Source: Paraglomus brasilianum
Lineage: Eukaryota
Assembly (NCBI GenBank): GCA_910592345.1
Contig: CAJVPI010000015.1
Span: 1-64,000 of the forward strand
Direction of reading: 5' to 3'
Length of the DNA stretch: 64,000 bases
Shown: in pieces, positions 1 through 14,042 of the stretch
Numbering within the stretch: position 1 is the first letter of the stretch
How the letters are laid out: every line of letters begins with the position of its first letter
Position numbers and translations under genes: made by a program
The notes under the pieces: generated by a model
The model's database searches: none
Seen by the model: the letters and a program-made list of their open reading frames with translations, nothing else
What the model was told of the DNA's origin: nothing

Positions 1-702
1 ATATTCTAGTAAGCTCTTACCTACTGGAGATCTGCCTAAACCAAGAAATAGCTATGATATGGATTCAGCTGCAGGTACGGTTACACGTTGGTACAAATAA
101 AGTCAATTTACGATATTAACACCGTGCATTTATTATAATTTAGAGACATCAAACTCTTTTTGAATAAACTGTAATTCAGCCGGGTTATTTACAGTTATAC
201 GAGGTTTATTCAAAGATTCGAATTATACGATGTGCTTCCGCGTATGTCAATATGATTGAGTTGACAAGATACCGGATCGTTCACTGCTAGCTGGGTAGAA
301 TGTAAGAAAATATGATACATTATTTATTAAAAAGTAAATTTTGAGACTAATGTTTTATGAAATTGGTAATAAAATACGTAAGCTCAGTTCGAAGCATTTC
401 AGCACCAGCCAGATGGTGCGTGCTTCCTGACATTGTTTCATACCCAACCCAGTTCTTTCCCACGCAGTCGGCCAATAAGGCCTTGATAGACGTTCATGAT
501 TAGAATGCAGACAAGAATCCTGGAAATGCAATAAAAGCAGATCCCACACACCTGCTCGAATCTTCCGATTGAAGAATATCTCTGAGACTCCTGTAAGAAC
601 TAAAATCTTATTCCACGTATCCCTCAAAGACATATCGCCACTCTTTTCATGATATTGCTGCATAGCCTTAACGGCCCCGTAACGATGCAAGTTTAACGGC
701 AT
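1..702 (-). CDS. Partial spliced gene or gene relic of unknown function, running off the window start
   Basis: ORF 355-702 (MPLNLHRYGAVK...RPYWPTAWERTGLG...) has a tag acceptor-like site before it, a gt donor near 377 and a pyrimidine-rich cag acceptor near 291. No family recognised. Confidence 0.3.
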
Positions 703-2947
703 CTAACAACGAAAATAAAATTGCCATGCTAATAATATTATTCACACAACATAGCCTTTCCGTGGATGAACTTTTTTCTAGGAAAACATTAACACGCTTC
801 TTAGAAATTAGCTAAACTTATCGCTTGCCTTACTCCTGTTAATTTAACAGTAAGTACGCTTTATGCAATGTCGCATAATATTTAACGAGGGCAGAGTAGA
901 AAACAGTTGAACAATTGTTTTTGTCAAGTTTATTAAAATTACTGTCTATTGGGAAATATACCCAAACGCCGACAATGTTTTGGCAGTGAATGACGAAAAC
1001 CTGCGAATATTATGAGCTTCCGATGACTTTACATTTGCGTTTAAAAATCTAGCGCGCAATAATTACCAACGCTGGGATTCTTTTCTTGCAATATTACATA
1101 AATTATTCCGGGTATGCTGGCAGAGCCGGCTTGCCAGAATCTTTTCATCGGTAGTTTGATATATGTTAACGACCTTTTGAATTAATGCTATCATATTTTG
1201 TAAATGACGCGAGAATGTTGAGATTAAGCCTGAGAATATGAAGCTAAAGCAGGAGCCTAAGACCCGAATTGGAAAAATTAGAGAAGATAGGTAATTCTGG
1301 GTGGGCCTGTAATCAATAACAAGTCATTACAGTCAATATCAACCCCATTTATCTCAGTCCCTTGGGTTATTATTATAGTCATTGATAGTTTATGGAAACC
1401 CCAATTTATATAAAAATTGCTCTACCTATAGTCACAATTATTATGCAAATTTCTTATAGTCCTGTCACAAATAGGATATAAGTAATGACCATTTTCTGTG
1501 TATATAGTCACATCCTTTACAAAATTGCATACAATGCATTGCAAAATTTAAACAAAGTCAGATAATGTCTTACACTTTCGCAACAATAAACAAACTGATA
1601 CTCACAAGAGAAAGACAATTTCTCCATAATAGGAAACAAAGACACGCTGTTTTTATGCAAATAAAATCATAACAACAGTATGGATATGGATGATTGTCAG
1701 GTGATAAGGAACCTGCCTAACCTTCAGTAGTGTTTTAATGCGTGCTTTGATATTGTGAAGAAATCAAGCCTGTCTTTTGGCAAAGCTGAAAGTGCTGACA
1801 GTTGTAAAAGTTTAGGGAGAGAAAAAAATAATGACTTGGATAAATTTTTTGGGTAAAAATTCCAGTGCATTATACTTATCGTCTATGCTTGTTGTATATA
1901 TTACTCAATTTCAAATATGTATGAATAATTTGATTGGCGAATGACATATATAAAAGTTGGTTATATCCCCTCTTTCTTTCTTTCTTTAATTAATTGATTT
2001 CTGTTTTGTTAGACAATAGCACTCCTTCATTCATTTTCTTCTCATACTGTTTATCGTTTCCTTTCTTCTTTAATAAATTCACAAGTGCCTTTTCTTTATC
2101 TACATATTTCTGGAGAATTTCAATATCATTCATTCCCGAGCTTTCCTTAAATATAAATGCTTCTAATTCATTATAACCAGATTAGACTGTATCGACATTG
2201 AAATAAACACTAAAATAATAAAATAATAAAATAATACAACAACATTTCTAATAATAGATAACGGATATTAATATTTTATTACCCTTCGACGGTAACAAAC
2301 TTACCTTTTCCGTCTGAGGAAAAGGTCTTTATATAATAAATTATATCACTATTCTAATTTATCACTTTAGTACTCTGCTTCCCCACAGACGTCTATTCGC
2401 GAGCTGTTGATCAAGTGATCAAGTTTGGTGTTCGAAATCTTTTGCCAACTTGTCAAAGATAAAATTTTAACCAATCAAATAATTTCAAAGTACTGTAAAT
2501 AGAAAAATTGGCTATTTATGCTCGTGTTTAAGTAAGCGAGGCGTATTCGATTCATAAATTTAACCTCATCTATCGTGATTTACTTTGCATGCTCAATCAT
2601 GTAAGAGAAAAAAGTATTGTCAGCGATTCATCAGCAAAAGACAGACAGAACGATTCAGCATCCAAACTTATGTTGAAAATGGAAATTTAAGCTGCAACAT
2701 AAGATTAATTAATTCTACCCACTCCAACCATTAAGAGTCGCTAATTGTTTTGCTCTTCGCCGTAAATAAACGTTGTCACCCACTTACCACGAGATAGCAG
2801 CATATCAAGTGGGTCATCCTAAACAAAATCAACCATATAGGTGATCAAAACCGTTTAGGGCTTCACAAAAAATTATGCAATATGTATTCGATAATGCTCA
2901 TCTGACATCTGACTTCGTAGACACCCCTCACTCGCGATCTGAGGTGG

Positions 2948-3040
2948 CAGTGTTGTACCTCAGTTGGGGACCTGTCTCAGTTCTGGACTGAGTGTCTGGG
3001 TTCCGAACTGAGACAGGTCCAAATTCAGACACAACAGCAG
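2948..3040. repeat. Short hairpin / miniature inverted-repeat element relic
   Basis: Perfect 16-bp inverted repeat ggacctgtctcagttc (2968-2983) / gaactgagacaggtcc (3005-3020). Outer imperfect ends cagtgttgt...acaacagcag. Confidence 0.55.
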
Positions 3041-6000
3041 CATATCAAAGGGATATCCTAGCCAGTAAGACTAAGGGTGTCACGGAGGAAAGCCAAGTAT
3101 TTATACTTGTTGTGAGAGTGTTCTGAAGTATGGGACGCAAGATTCCGATTGGGCCACATATAGTAATACTTTATGCTACGGCGCCCTGAAATATTAAACG
3201 CGTATGTAAACAATCACCCTTTCTCCATTTCCTTAAGAGTGTCTTTCACATAACCCATTATTATTATGCATAAATTGACCGTAACTAAGAAAGCTACCGT
3301 ATTATAATTAGTACAAACTAACTTTGGTTTTGATAGCTTGTCTAATTGTATACTGATATCAACGCGTCTGATTATCACCGTACGTTATGCTGACTTTTTA
3401 TCAGGTGTTTTTTTATTTACAAAACCTTTTTACACACCCAGTCATTTTTACATTACCACCCACCCTAATTTTGAAGAAAAACATGTCATTATTTAATGAT
3501 ACTCTGACGAGTGACAATGAGGTAAACATTTGTATGCTGAGAACAAAAAGTTGGTTGGTTAATAATTTTACGCGAATCTATTAAAGCAACTGCCTGTAAA
3601 CGTTGTGTTGCTGTCCATATTAATATACACTATTGTTATTGCTCTATCCGAAATACTATGTTAAGTTTGATCTATTAACTAACATCACACCTGTCTATGC
3701 ACGTTCAAGTAAAACAAGTCCTGTTAAATACCATGCCATAATATATGCGTTGACAATGGTATCAGAAATAGGAGTGTAAGCCAGCAGTATTGTCTCTACT
3801 CCAACTATGACACTTTTTCTCAAACTATTCAACAAAAACTTGTTAAGCGTTTACATTATTCTTGATTAATAATTCCATGCTGAGCTCAACTGATTTGACA
3901 AATAATTAATTGCTGAGCAGTTTGTTTATTTGCCTACCTTAATAGTAAACATGCAAACTTACTATGCTAAATTTGAGACTAACAAAACTTAGAGGGCAAA
4001 AAGTCAATCCTCTGTTGATTTAATTTTCTTGATTTAGCGAGGACTCGATTCATGTTTACTCAATAATTGCCACATGCAGTGCGTAAGTAAACTTTCTTGG
4101 TTTAACGAGGACGCACAATTCATGTGATTCAAGAATTGACACATCTAATTCCGCAGTTGGATAACATTTCTGCTTCCACTATTATCTACACAAAGGATAT
4201 TGGAAAAAATCAGCGATTATCTAGATCAAGAATTTCAATACGAAGGTTTTCAGGAAGCTTTAGAAACTATGCGTGTCATAGTTGAGATTGCCGATCTTGT
4301 ATTAAAGACAAACTGCCCATTCACTCATTAGGTCATTTCTTGGCGCAAAGTGCAAAAAAATTTTTTTTTTTAAATCGATGACGGTGGCGTTTGAATAAAT
4401 AAACATCGGGTGATAACACAACTATGTGTGACTTACCATAACCTATCGGCCGTAAATACCAGTTGTTTGTCACAAAAAACCCGTAAAATACCGAAATCCA
4501 TTCAACTGATATCCGGATTAGCAATACGATTACGTAATGTACACGCCAACCCTGTTTGATCGAATGTTGTTGCAAGTTCCATGCACAATCATAGCCAATT
4601 AGCTGCTTTAATCGACTATCACATCAGTGTATCCATTTCTTTCTGCTCATAAACAAAGAATTATTCTTCGCACTTGCCATCCTAATCCACATTGTAGACG
4701 CTCATATTGTTCGTTCTACATTATTAGAGATGAGCGTGCATATAAATGCATAAAACCTGACCTGGCCGTATTTGGGCTGGTTTTTGAAGTGAGACAAAGC
4801 TGATTAGGGTTGGGCCACAAAGGATGTACGTAGGTGTAACTAATAAAGGAACGCAAAACTCCACAAGGATGTAACACTAATAAAAGAACGCAAAGGATGT
4901 ACCGGCATTTATTCCAAGGCACCGACTCGGCATTTTCCGATGGTTGCAATTGTTGTTTTTATGCTATTATACAAACGAAGTATTAGCAAATAAGGAAGAA
5001 ACAGTATTTAATGGAAACGGAGAATATACTATATTGGGTGAATAAGATGGGTAATGTCAACAGTAGGTATTATAGTATGCATATATCAGCATGTATATTA
5101 ACATTTTTCCTATGTGTTACTGTCCCAGCCATTTTTAATGTGGGGAAGCAAGCGCAAAGTGGCTAAAGATGGTCGGTGCTTAATTATTTCTACACGTAAA
5201 CAAGATAAACACTGAAAGGCAACCACAATCACAGATGCGTTGATTAATAATAAAATTAGCCGTTGATGTTAATCTCTCCATAGTTAATTAAACTATATTA
5301 CTTTCGGTTATCTTAAACGCTATCTCATTACACAGCACGCCTACAAATTTTATCTCCCTAAAAAACTGGGTTTACTGTATTTTGTTGGTATTTTTTCCAT
5401 CTTGCACATGTTGCTATAACGTTTTTCCTGACAAACCCAGTCAATCATAATATAATTGTTCAGTCTCTACGATAATCCATCATACCAGCTGTTTATCTTG
5501 CTCTCTTGGTCTTGTATCTAGGCAAAAATAAAATACCTTTGTCCGTTTGTCGCATTAAATTATGGCAATTGTTTATCGTGCGCAACAATTACATTGCAAC
5601 AATGATAGAGTTGTACAAGTTCCGGTTAAAAAACCTGTTTGTTTGGGTATGAGCGGACCAAGATGGAAGTTTTCCCCGAATATAAGAGAGTTGTGAAAAA
5701 TACGACTTGCATTATTATTGTACAGTACATGCGAAAAATCTTGGTTTTTTTTGCTGCCTATATCTAGCCACCTTTGTGATAGCCCCATTGACTATGCCAG
5801 TGAATGTACGGATAATGCACAACGATGTACGGCAAATGAACTGCAGGCGGGGCAATGGTTGCTACCAAACTCAATTCACGTAGAACGCAGCACTGTGCTC
5901 CTGTGTTTGTATCTTGTGTGATATCTGCCTGGAGTTTCTGTCGTGACACTGGTTCTTCACAACCATAGATTACATGTGATGTTTACGTCTGTTATCTGTA

Positions 6001-7381
6001 ACGCTGGCACGACATGCAAATTGAACGACTGTTAAAAAGTCCGTACTATAAAACTATTATTTACTGTAGCAATGTCGGTCGTATATACGTTTGTCCGCAT
6101 ATACGTTTGTCTGTTCGCTCGCTCTCTCTCTTTATGATTCCATTGTTCCTACCATCCAAAATCTTATCACCTCCTTCATTTGCAGCACACAATAAACACG
6201 AATAAGGCAACAACGCCACCCCCAAACAAAGACCATTAAAAATTTATCATGTAGTGTACGACCTCAGCCGCAGTGTAAAGGTAAATACAATAAGATGCTC
6301 CTAAACAAATAAAGTTTCGCCATTGTTTTGAACAATACATCAACAGCAAAACAAATGACCCTGGATGCAGAATGAAGTCAGGTTGTGGGAAGGTCGGATC
6401 TATTTTAGATAAGTAGACTAGTGATTATGTGAAAAGACAATACGGGTGTGATGATTAAACGAAGGTTAAATCGGGTAGGATTGGAGAGGGACGTGAGAGG
6501 TGATACTAGTACGGATAAGAATTGGGAAGGGGGTGAGTTAAACGTGAGCCTCAGGTGAGCACTGGCTGAAACGATGTGGGATGAGCTGGAATACGTATAC
6601 TAACTATTTCAATTCGTGTACCTTTTGTGGGGGAAGAGGGGAGGGGAGTGATGAAATTCTGTCACTGTCACCTCGTGTAATTCCATCTCCACAATTTACG
6701 AAATATCACGCTAGTCATAAGGTCCGCAGAATTTGTGGGTCGTGTGTGTATATATGGATAAACGAGCATGTTGGGTTTGTATTTGATATCAGAATACCTG
6801 TCTTTGCTAACATTGGTCGTCGTTTGTTTTGAAAAATGACGTATTATGCAATAGACAATAACTTTCTACTCATTTGATTCTCATTGAACAATACCCGATT
6901 GCTCATTTTAACAAATAGCGATCGTGTTTTTATTTTAAAGGATTTTAACAAATATCGATCGTTGTTTTCATTTTAACAGATAGCATTGTTGTTTTTATTT
7001 TAAAGAATTTGTAACTTTTTCATTTTTTTTTATACTTACGTTTTTTAATAAAACTACACATCAACCTAATTCCCAAGAATCCATATTATACAGATTTGAA
7101 ATAAAGAAAAGAAAAAAGAAATTTTTTGTCGAGACAATAATGAGCTACCTACCTATTACTAACTTCGATTCGAGAATTAAAGAAATTGACATCAAATCAG
7201 ACATTGTCAAAGCTTTTATCTGACATCTGAAAGCGATAAAAGGAAAAAGGGGAAGGACCAAACAATTTATATACAATTAGAGAGAAGGGGTATATAGACA
7301 AGTAAAAAAATTTTTTTTTGATAATGTTTAATATAAAGTCCGAACGTAGATGTAATACTTTTAAAACTCGAACTAGAAAGA

Positions 7382-10300
7382 CTATGTGGCGTATACCGGT
7401 TCAGGAGTCTGTAGCCTCTTGTCTCGATACTTGCTCGATAGCGTATGAGACTGTGATAACCGATCAAACACGTTTGGTATATCTGGAGTATTCGATCGTG
7501 TATGGACACATCGATCACTGCATACGCTAACGTTATCGTCATCAGGCTGCGCACCGTACGAATTCTGACGCATGTGTGTAAGATCTTTGGAGCCTCTGCG
7601 TGCCATATTCGCCATTCGTTTTTTGTCAACCGATCCATAATATCCACTATCCCGATGTTCTCTCATGCCATCTGGTGTGCGATCATTGTACAATCCTAGA
7701 CTACTAACACTGTTTCGTCTACTATGAGTTTCGCGTAATGAGCCTCGTCGATCTCGTATATCCCGGCGTGGTTTCTCTCCCGGCGTGCGAGGACTATCAG
7801 GTGCGTACTTGTCATGTAATGTGACCGCAGAGTCTATTGAATCAGTCCATGCGATTGAACCAGACAATCCACTTCGACCCAGAGAGCTTCTCTTTTCTAT
7901 TTCATCCGAGTATCGAGGAGATTCATATCCGCGATCCAACTGCTGTGAACTGCGTCGCGAGTTTGATAAACGATCATGTTGTTGAGAGTTTCGGCGTGAA
8001 TCCGATTGGCCCGACCCCGCTGACGATTTGCGCTTGGTTGGGTCTTTGAGCCATCCTGGCGGTAGTGGGGCGCGAGCAAAGCTGTTACGTTTAGAGTTGG
8101 ATGCTTCTCTCGGCGAATGAGGCGAGTATACAGTCGGAGAGTCAAAGTATGAATCTTCGTTGAAGCAGGATGTTCTGCTTAATGGCTTGCCTATCGGAGC
8201 ATCGTGAATGCTTTCTGACGTAATCGGTCCCGGTGATGTCACTTCTGCTTCGACTTGCTTGTAAATGCGATCAAAGAAGTCCATCGTATTGAGTGCGTCG
8301 TTTTCAATGTCAGTCATGTGTAATTCCAAAGTGGTGGGCGATATCGGGCTTGGTGTACGATCAGAGTCCATCGATCCACGTCTCATTTCATCTTCTAGCA
8401 TCTTGTTGCGTTTCTCATATTGAACTGTTGTTAGTACTGCCGCTCTGCGCATTGCCAATAGCGTCTTTCGTAGGTCTGTAATAGTCTTCTCTCGATCTTT
8501 CAATGTCATTTGAGCTGACCAGTCGGTTGTTCGTAATTTGACAATGTCGTTGAAGAATGACTCTACTATTGCCTGAGTTTCAAACGAATCCAGGTTACGA
8601 AGTATAGTCATTGCAAGATCGTATGCAGCTTCAGGAGTGGCGCTCTGTATTTGTGAGATGGAGAACTTCTTCTTGGCACCTGTACTGCCCTTGCGTCTTT
8701 CTTTAGTGCTTGTATTACTTTTGCTCGGTTGAGCTGACTTTTGATTAACATCCTCACTATTCCTACGTGACTCGCTTTCGGGCTGAGTGTTACGAGCTGT
8801 TTCTGCTTGCAGTGATCTCAGCTTAGCATTGATGTATGTAATCTCAGAATTGATCATATCAATCTTGTCGTCAAGATCCTGGGCTACTGCTTCGGTAGCC
8901 GGATCAAGATTTCCATACTCGTCGCAGTTTTCGGTCATTATCTTTTCGCGCTCATTGAGAGCTTCTTGTTTATCGTTATTTAGCTCATCACGTTTCTTGA
9001 CCATATCGTCCATCATTGCCAGCGACTGCTTGCCAGAGATGAATTGAAATATAGCAGTGTCGAGAAGTTTCTTCTTATCGTAACCACTGGCATAGATTTC
9101 TTCCTCGATTGCACGGATCTCGTCTGAAGTACGGTGACTTCCAGGTGGGCTGTTGTTATCCATGTCTATACTTGTCTTTCGTCTGTTCTGTCTGAATACC
9201 TTGGCTATTGCTTTCGGAGTCGTAGTCTGTTTCAATAATGACGTTACAGACTTTAGTTTGCCATTCGCTTTAAGCATATCCTTGGTTCTCTTTTCAAGCA
9301 TTAGTCTTTGAGACTCGGTCTGGCGTTCAAGTTTCTTCTTTTCAGTCTGAACTGCCTTTGCCTTGCGTCTGAGGTTCTGGATCTCCCGCTGAGTGCGTTC
9401 AGTTACTTCTCGGACACGATCGGCTTCGGCCTTCATTCGCTTGATCATACGTAATTTCTCTGCTTTGAGCTGTTCGATCTGAATACGCATGTTTCGCATC
9501 GTCGTTTCATTCTGGGTCTTGGCCGTCTGATGGGTTTGAGTTATGTCATTGCATTTGCGACGTAAAGCACCGATTTCGCCAATGAGTTTCTTCATCTTGT
9601 GTTCATAACGCGCCTTCAATTCAGTCAAGATTGAATTCTTGTCGCGGGTGCTAACACCTGAGCTGGCAGCACGCTTCACCGCAATTTCACGCTCACGTTG
9701 TAACTGGATCAAACACTCTTGCATATGAACCAGTTTCTCTTCGTATGCAGTGCGCATATAGTGGAATTCTTGTTCGGCACGTTCTAGTTGAGCCACCAGT
9801 TCTTCCTTGACAGCAATGTCAGCCTGTATCTGATGCAACATTCTCTTGAGTGCAATAGCATTCTGTTGAGACGAGCCTCCGGTACTGTCCTGTGAAGATT
9901 TGGTAGATGGTGGAGATATTGGTTGGTCAGAGAAACTGACAGATCGACTGGAGTTGGAAGCACGACGAGTCTGTTGTTGTGGAGGAGGGTTTGATTCTTG
10001 CCAAGATGGAACGTCCATTGTCGGAATATCGCTGAATGACACACTGCTCGATCGGCGTTTTTCGTTCTTTCCAGCCAACATTTGGTCAATGTAGCTTTCA
10101 CTCTTTGTAGAAGATGGTGTCTTTACCAATTGACCGAGAACAGGATCATCGTGTAACGAGCCACCATTCTTTATGAATAGTAGACCTTGTCGAATCTGTT
10201 CTTTGGCTTTCTCAAGAGTATCCTTGACACTGCGCCGTCGGAGTCTTCGAGTTACCTTTTGACCATTGCTGTCCGTGTATTCAAAGTCGTCCTGAGGATC

Positions 10301-12825
10301 TGCAGAGAGATCTTCGTTGTCGTCATCATAATCTTCTGTATCTGGAGGTAAGTCAGCAAATAGTCCTTTAGATTTCTCTAGAACAGCCGGCTTGACGAAT
10401 GTTTGTACTGGTTCATGTTCGGCTTGCGTTTCTAGTTGACCTTGTGTATCGTGTGGTTCCTCGCCTGAAACCGGGAAATGTCCAGCTGCACGATGTTTGC
10501 TTGATCCCTTTGATTTCTTGGATCTCTTCTTCTTCTTCTTTGAATGTCTCTTATTATCATCGCTACCAGAAAGGTCACCGTTATCGTGTCGACTGTCATG
10601 TCGACTGCTCTCATGACGACGAGAATTTTCTTGTTCATAGAATTTTATGTGTCCCTTGTCCCTGGAGGAATTTCCGGCAAATGAAGATTTCCGTGATGAC
10701 TGGGAATGTATTGGCTGAACTGGTGCGGCTGGAACAGGTTTCATCTGTGCGTTCTGCAATTCGAAAACTTGTGCCTTGAGTTCCGCTATTTGATCGACAT
10801 ATTGCTGTATAACAGGATGTGATGTTATCTTTGCCGTTCGCTCTTCCTCAGTCATAGATCCGGCGTTCTTGTTCAAGTCCAACTCCATTAACAAAGTATC
10901 TCGGTGAGCATGTATTTCATTTAATTCTTGATTTGTATTTGCCATCTTCATCTTTAATTGTCCATATTCGCCTTTGAGACGATTTATCTCTTCTTCGTAC
11001 TTTCTAGCAACTTCTGCGTCCACACCGCCAGAACGAAGAGTCTGCAATTCCATCTTCAACTGACTGACTTGTGATCGCAAACGATTTATTTCTACTGAAG
11101 ATTCACCATAACTCTCATTGACACTGACTTTGTTTTTAATGTTACGAGTACGGTTGGCGTATTTTAGGGTGTTTAGGGTTTCCATAAAATTAGAGTCGGC
11201 CGGCGACACACAAGCAAGCATAAGAGTTTGAGAATTGCCGCCGAGGGAATCCTGAAGAAGCCGAGTGAGTTTGGAGTCACGGTATGGGACGTGGGTTACT
11301 TTGCGAGATGCATCGCCAAGTGCACTGATTACATTGCCCAGGGCAAGAAGACCACCGTTTATGGCAATGCCTTCCTTTGCACGATTGCCCACCGCATTTG
11401 TCCGCTTTAACTAGTAATTGTATAGTTTGTACGGGGTTAGTAAATGCAAAGATGATATAGGTATGATTTTGTACGGGGCTAGAAGATGGGGGGACTTACT
11501 CTTTCTGAACCAGCCAAATCAACAAAGTGGAATTTTGATGTAATTTTTGCTGATACTTTTTTGCTATTACGCTTCATTTGCGGTTCAGTTTGTTCAGGTT
11601 CATTTTCCTTGTTTTCTTCTGGTTCTTCTATTTTCGTCTGCTTCAGTACTACTGAAAATATGGCGTGTGATCGTGACGATACCGAATTCATATCTGTTGA
11701 TGCTACAGTACGACATAGAGAGCCTTTTTGTAATTGCCTGTTGAAAATGTGATATATGGTTAATAGATGGACGGGGTGGTATTATTATGAATTCGTCAAT
11801 TGATTTTCGACACATACTCTAATGTTTCTTCTGGTGTCAACACAGGGACTTCCTTCACTCCAGCCCAGTATATCTGTCCATTAGCGTCTTCTCTAATCAT
11901 TAACTCGCTCTTGGCTTTCTTATTCTCAAGATTCAGCAGATCAATTAAATCCTCATTGTATAGTTCGAGAAAGGTTACGAATACTTCGTAGGAAAAATCT
12001 GGATATTTGGCCTTTTTTGCTTCCAAATCACCAAAGAGACGAAAGATAGAGCGCGGGACGATACCTGAGGTAAGGGTGTCACATAATATGAGAGTTAAGT
12101 ACATTTCGTGACAAGGTCAATATTACATTATGGAATAGTATAGTACCTTGATGCTCTGGAGGGATATTAGCACCATCTATTGCAGTACCCATGGAATATG
12201 TTTTGCCACTACCTGTTTGACTATATATACATTTTGGTACGTTAGAATGATTTTTTAATTTTTATACCAAAACGAATAAAAGACTTGGAATTAATTTACT
12301 TACCCATATGCTAATATTGTAGCGTTGAAACTGTGGTGATGGGAGGGGGGGGGTAGATAATTTGTTATGTAACGAGTTAGTTTGTGTGATATCCACAGTG
12401 AACGTTATCTTTTTAATCTTGTCAAACGTTACGTAATAACACGACGAGCAATAAAAATTTTTTTCTTGCTTTGCTTACCCTTCCATGAGCTTGTCGAGAA
12501 GGGGCTTTGCACAATCATCGAACACGTCATCCTGTTGAGTTTCTGAGGGAAAGACATAGTCGTATGTGAATGAACGGTCGGTGCCAATGAGTACTTGGGG
12601 TGCGCCTTCTATTACTGTAATACATGGATCACATCTTTGCTGTATTTCCTTGTTGTTCAAAGGACGTATCCTCAAAGCGACCCTACATTTTTAACAGAAT
12701 CAGAAATGAGACGAATGAGTTATTGGAATGAGGGGAGAGGGAGGTTAAGAATGCAATTGATTAAACTCATCAATGGGAGTCATTTTCAACATTCTCTCGA
12801 CATACCGGACTGAAGTAGAGGTCAT
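7382..12825 (-). CDS. Kinesin-4 family motor protein (KIF4/KIF21/KIF27-like), about 1612 aa, 7 exons
   Basis: Exons 12825-12806, 12682-12479, 12330-12304, 12220-12147, 12064-11818, 11737-11500, 11410-7382, joined by GT-AG introns in frame. Motifs [10 protein letters not shown]-loop [12 protein letters not shown], switch [13 protein letters not shown], switch [36 protein letters not shown], then a long coiled-coil stalk and an S/R-rich tail. Confidence 0.95.
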
Positions 12826-13919
12826 CTCTGTGTAAAGACAATTAATTACAAGATGTAAGAGGGATTATTATGTATAAATTTGTTTGAATCATTCGAAGAC
12901 AGAGCGTCTAATTAATACATAAAATACACGATATATGTACAAAGGAATAGTATCTAACAGAACAAATTATGTAATTTGAGGCGAAGAATTAAAATTGTTA
13001 TAGCTAAGAAAAAAGAATAGAGTAAGCTATAAGCGGGATTAAAAATGGAAGATTATGATTTCAAAGGCTTGCTTTTATATCTCAGAGTGGAGCGAGCTTT
13101 GGTGAAGGAAGTTGTGCCATCATCCAAGCTTCTTATATAAGATACTGCACAGGGGTGGGGTGTGATAATTTAGAATGTAGTATATTTTATACAGTAAAAA
13201 AAAAAAAGCTTGTGCATCACCGTCAATTGAACAGGCTATTTAGAAAAAAAAGTCGGGGGATTATAATAAAGACTATTTGCTGGTAAGTTAATATACAATA
13301 GTGCTTCCAGTACAGCCAAAACAGAACCCGCTGTTTAATAGAATAGAAATTATTTTAACGAACGTTGTAAAAAGATTCAACTGCAATAGATCCTCTGCGT
13401 CTATTATTATAATTTATTTGTGAGTATTATTATGCGGGTAATCTGCAGTCGACTACAGGAATTATCTGCATAAAGTCCAAGCAAAGAAATGCACTTTTAC
13501 AACATAAATTAAATAGCGAGGATATTTAAATATACGCTCGGAAGAGACAAAGAAGAAGAAGAAGAATAAATAATAGTCTATGTGTTGAGATATATGCATC
13601 CTGGTCTGAATTTACGTTTAAGAGCAAACAAACAAAAAAAAACCCATGATGACTACTCGCTAATATTCTTATTGTTGTTATTATTAAATGTATTAACTCA
13701 TCCACACCCCTTTCTCAGTAGAAAGAATACAACGTATCACAAGAAAAAAAATTTTTTTTTTATATGCAGAAGGAGCAAGCTATGCTTGTGAGAGATAATA
13801 AACCGAACACTGTAGATTGTAAGCGAGACCAATATGGTGTGGCTCAAAGGCGTACTAGATGTTCTTTAATTTTATTGAATTCCAACCCATTATTACAAGA
13901 CATCTTTATACTACTAACA

Positions 13920-14042
13920 ATACACACATCTAGCTACACACATACACACATATACACATACACACATACACACATACACCTTCACTCTACATACACACAT
14001 CTACCTACACACATACATCTACCTACACACATACATCTACCT
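13920..14042. repeat. Degenerate (AC/ACAT)n microsatellite
   Basis: Runs of acacatacac and two adjacent copies of catctacctacacacata. Confidence 0.8.

Noticed and set aside
1930..4330. Coding-like fragments (about 1960-2330 minus strand; about 3600-4330 plus strand)
   Set aside because: Too short and too interrupted to assign. Probably old gene or TE debris.
7267..11991. Numerous short ORFs overlapping the kinesin on either strand
   Set aside because: Shadow frames of a long coding exon with no independent motifs.
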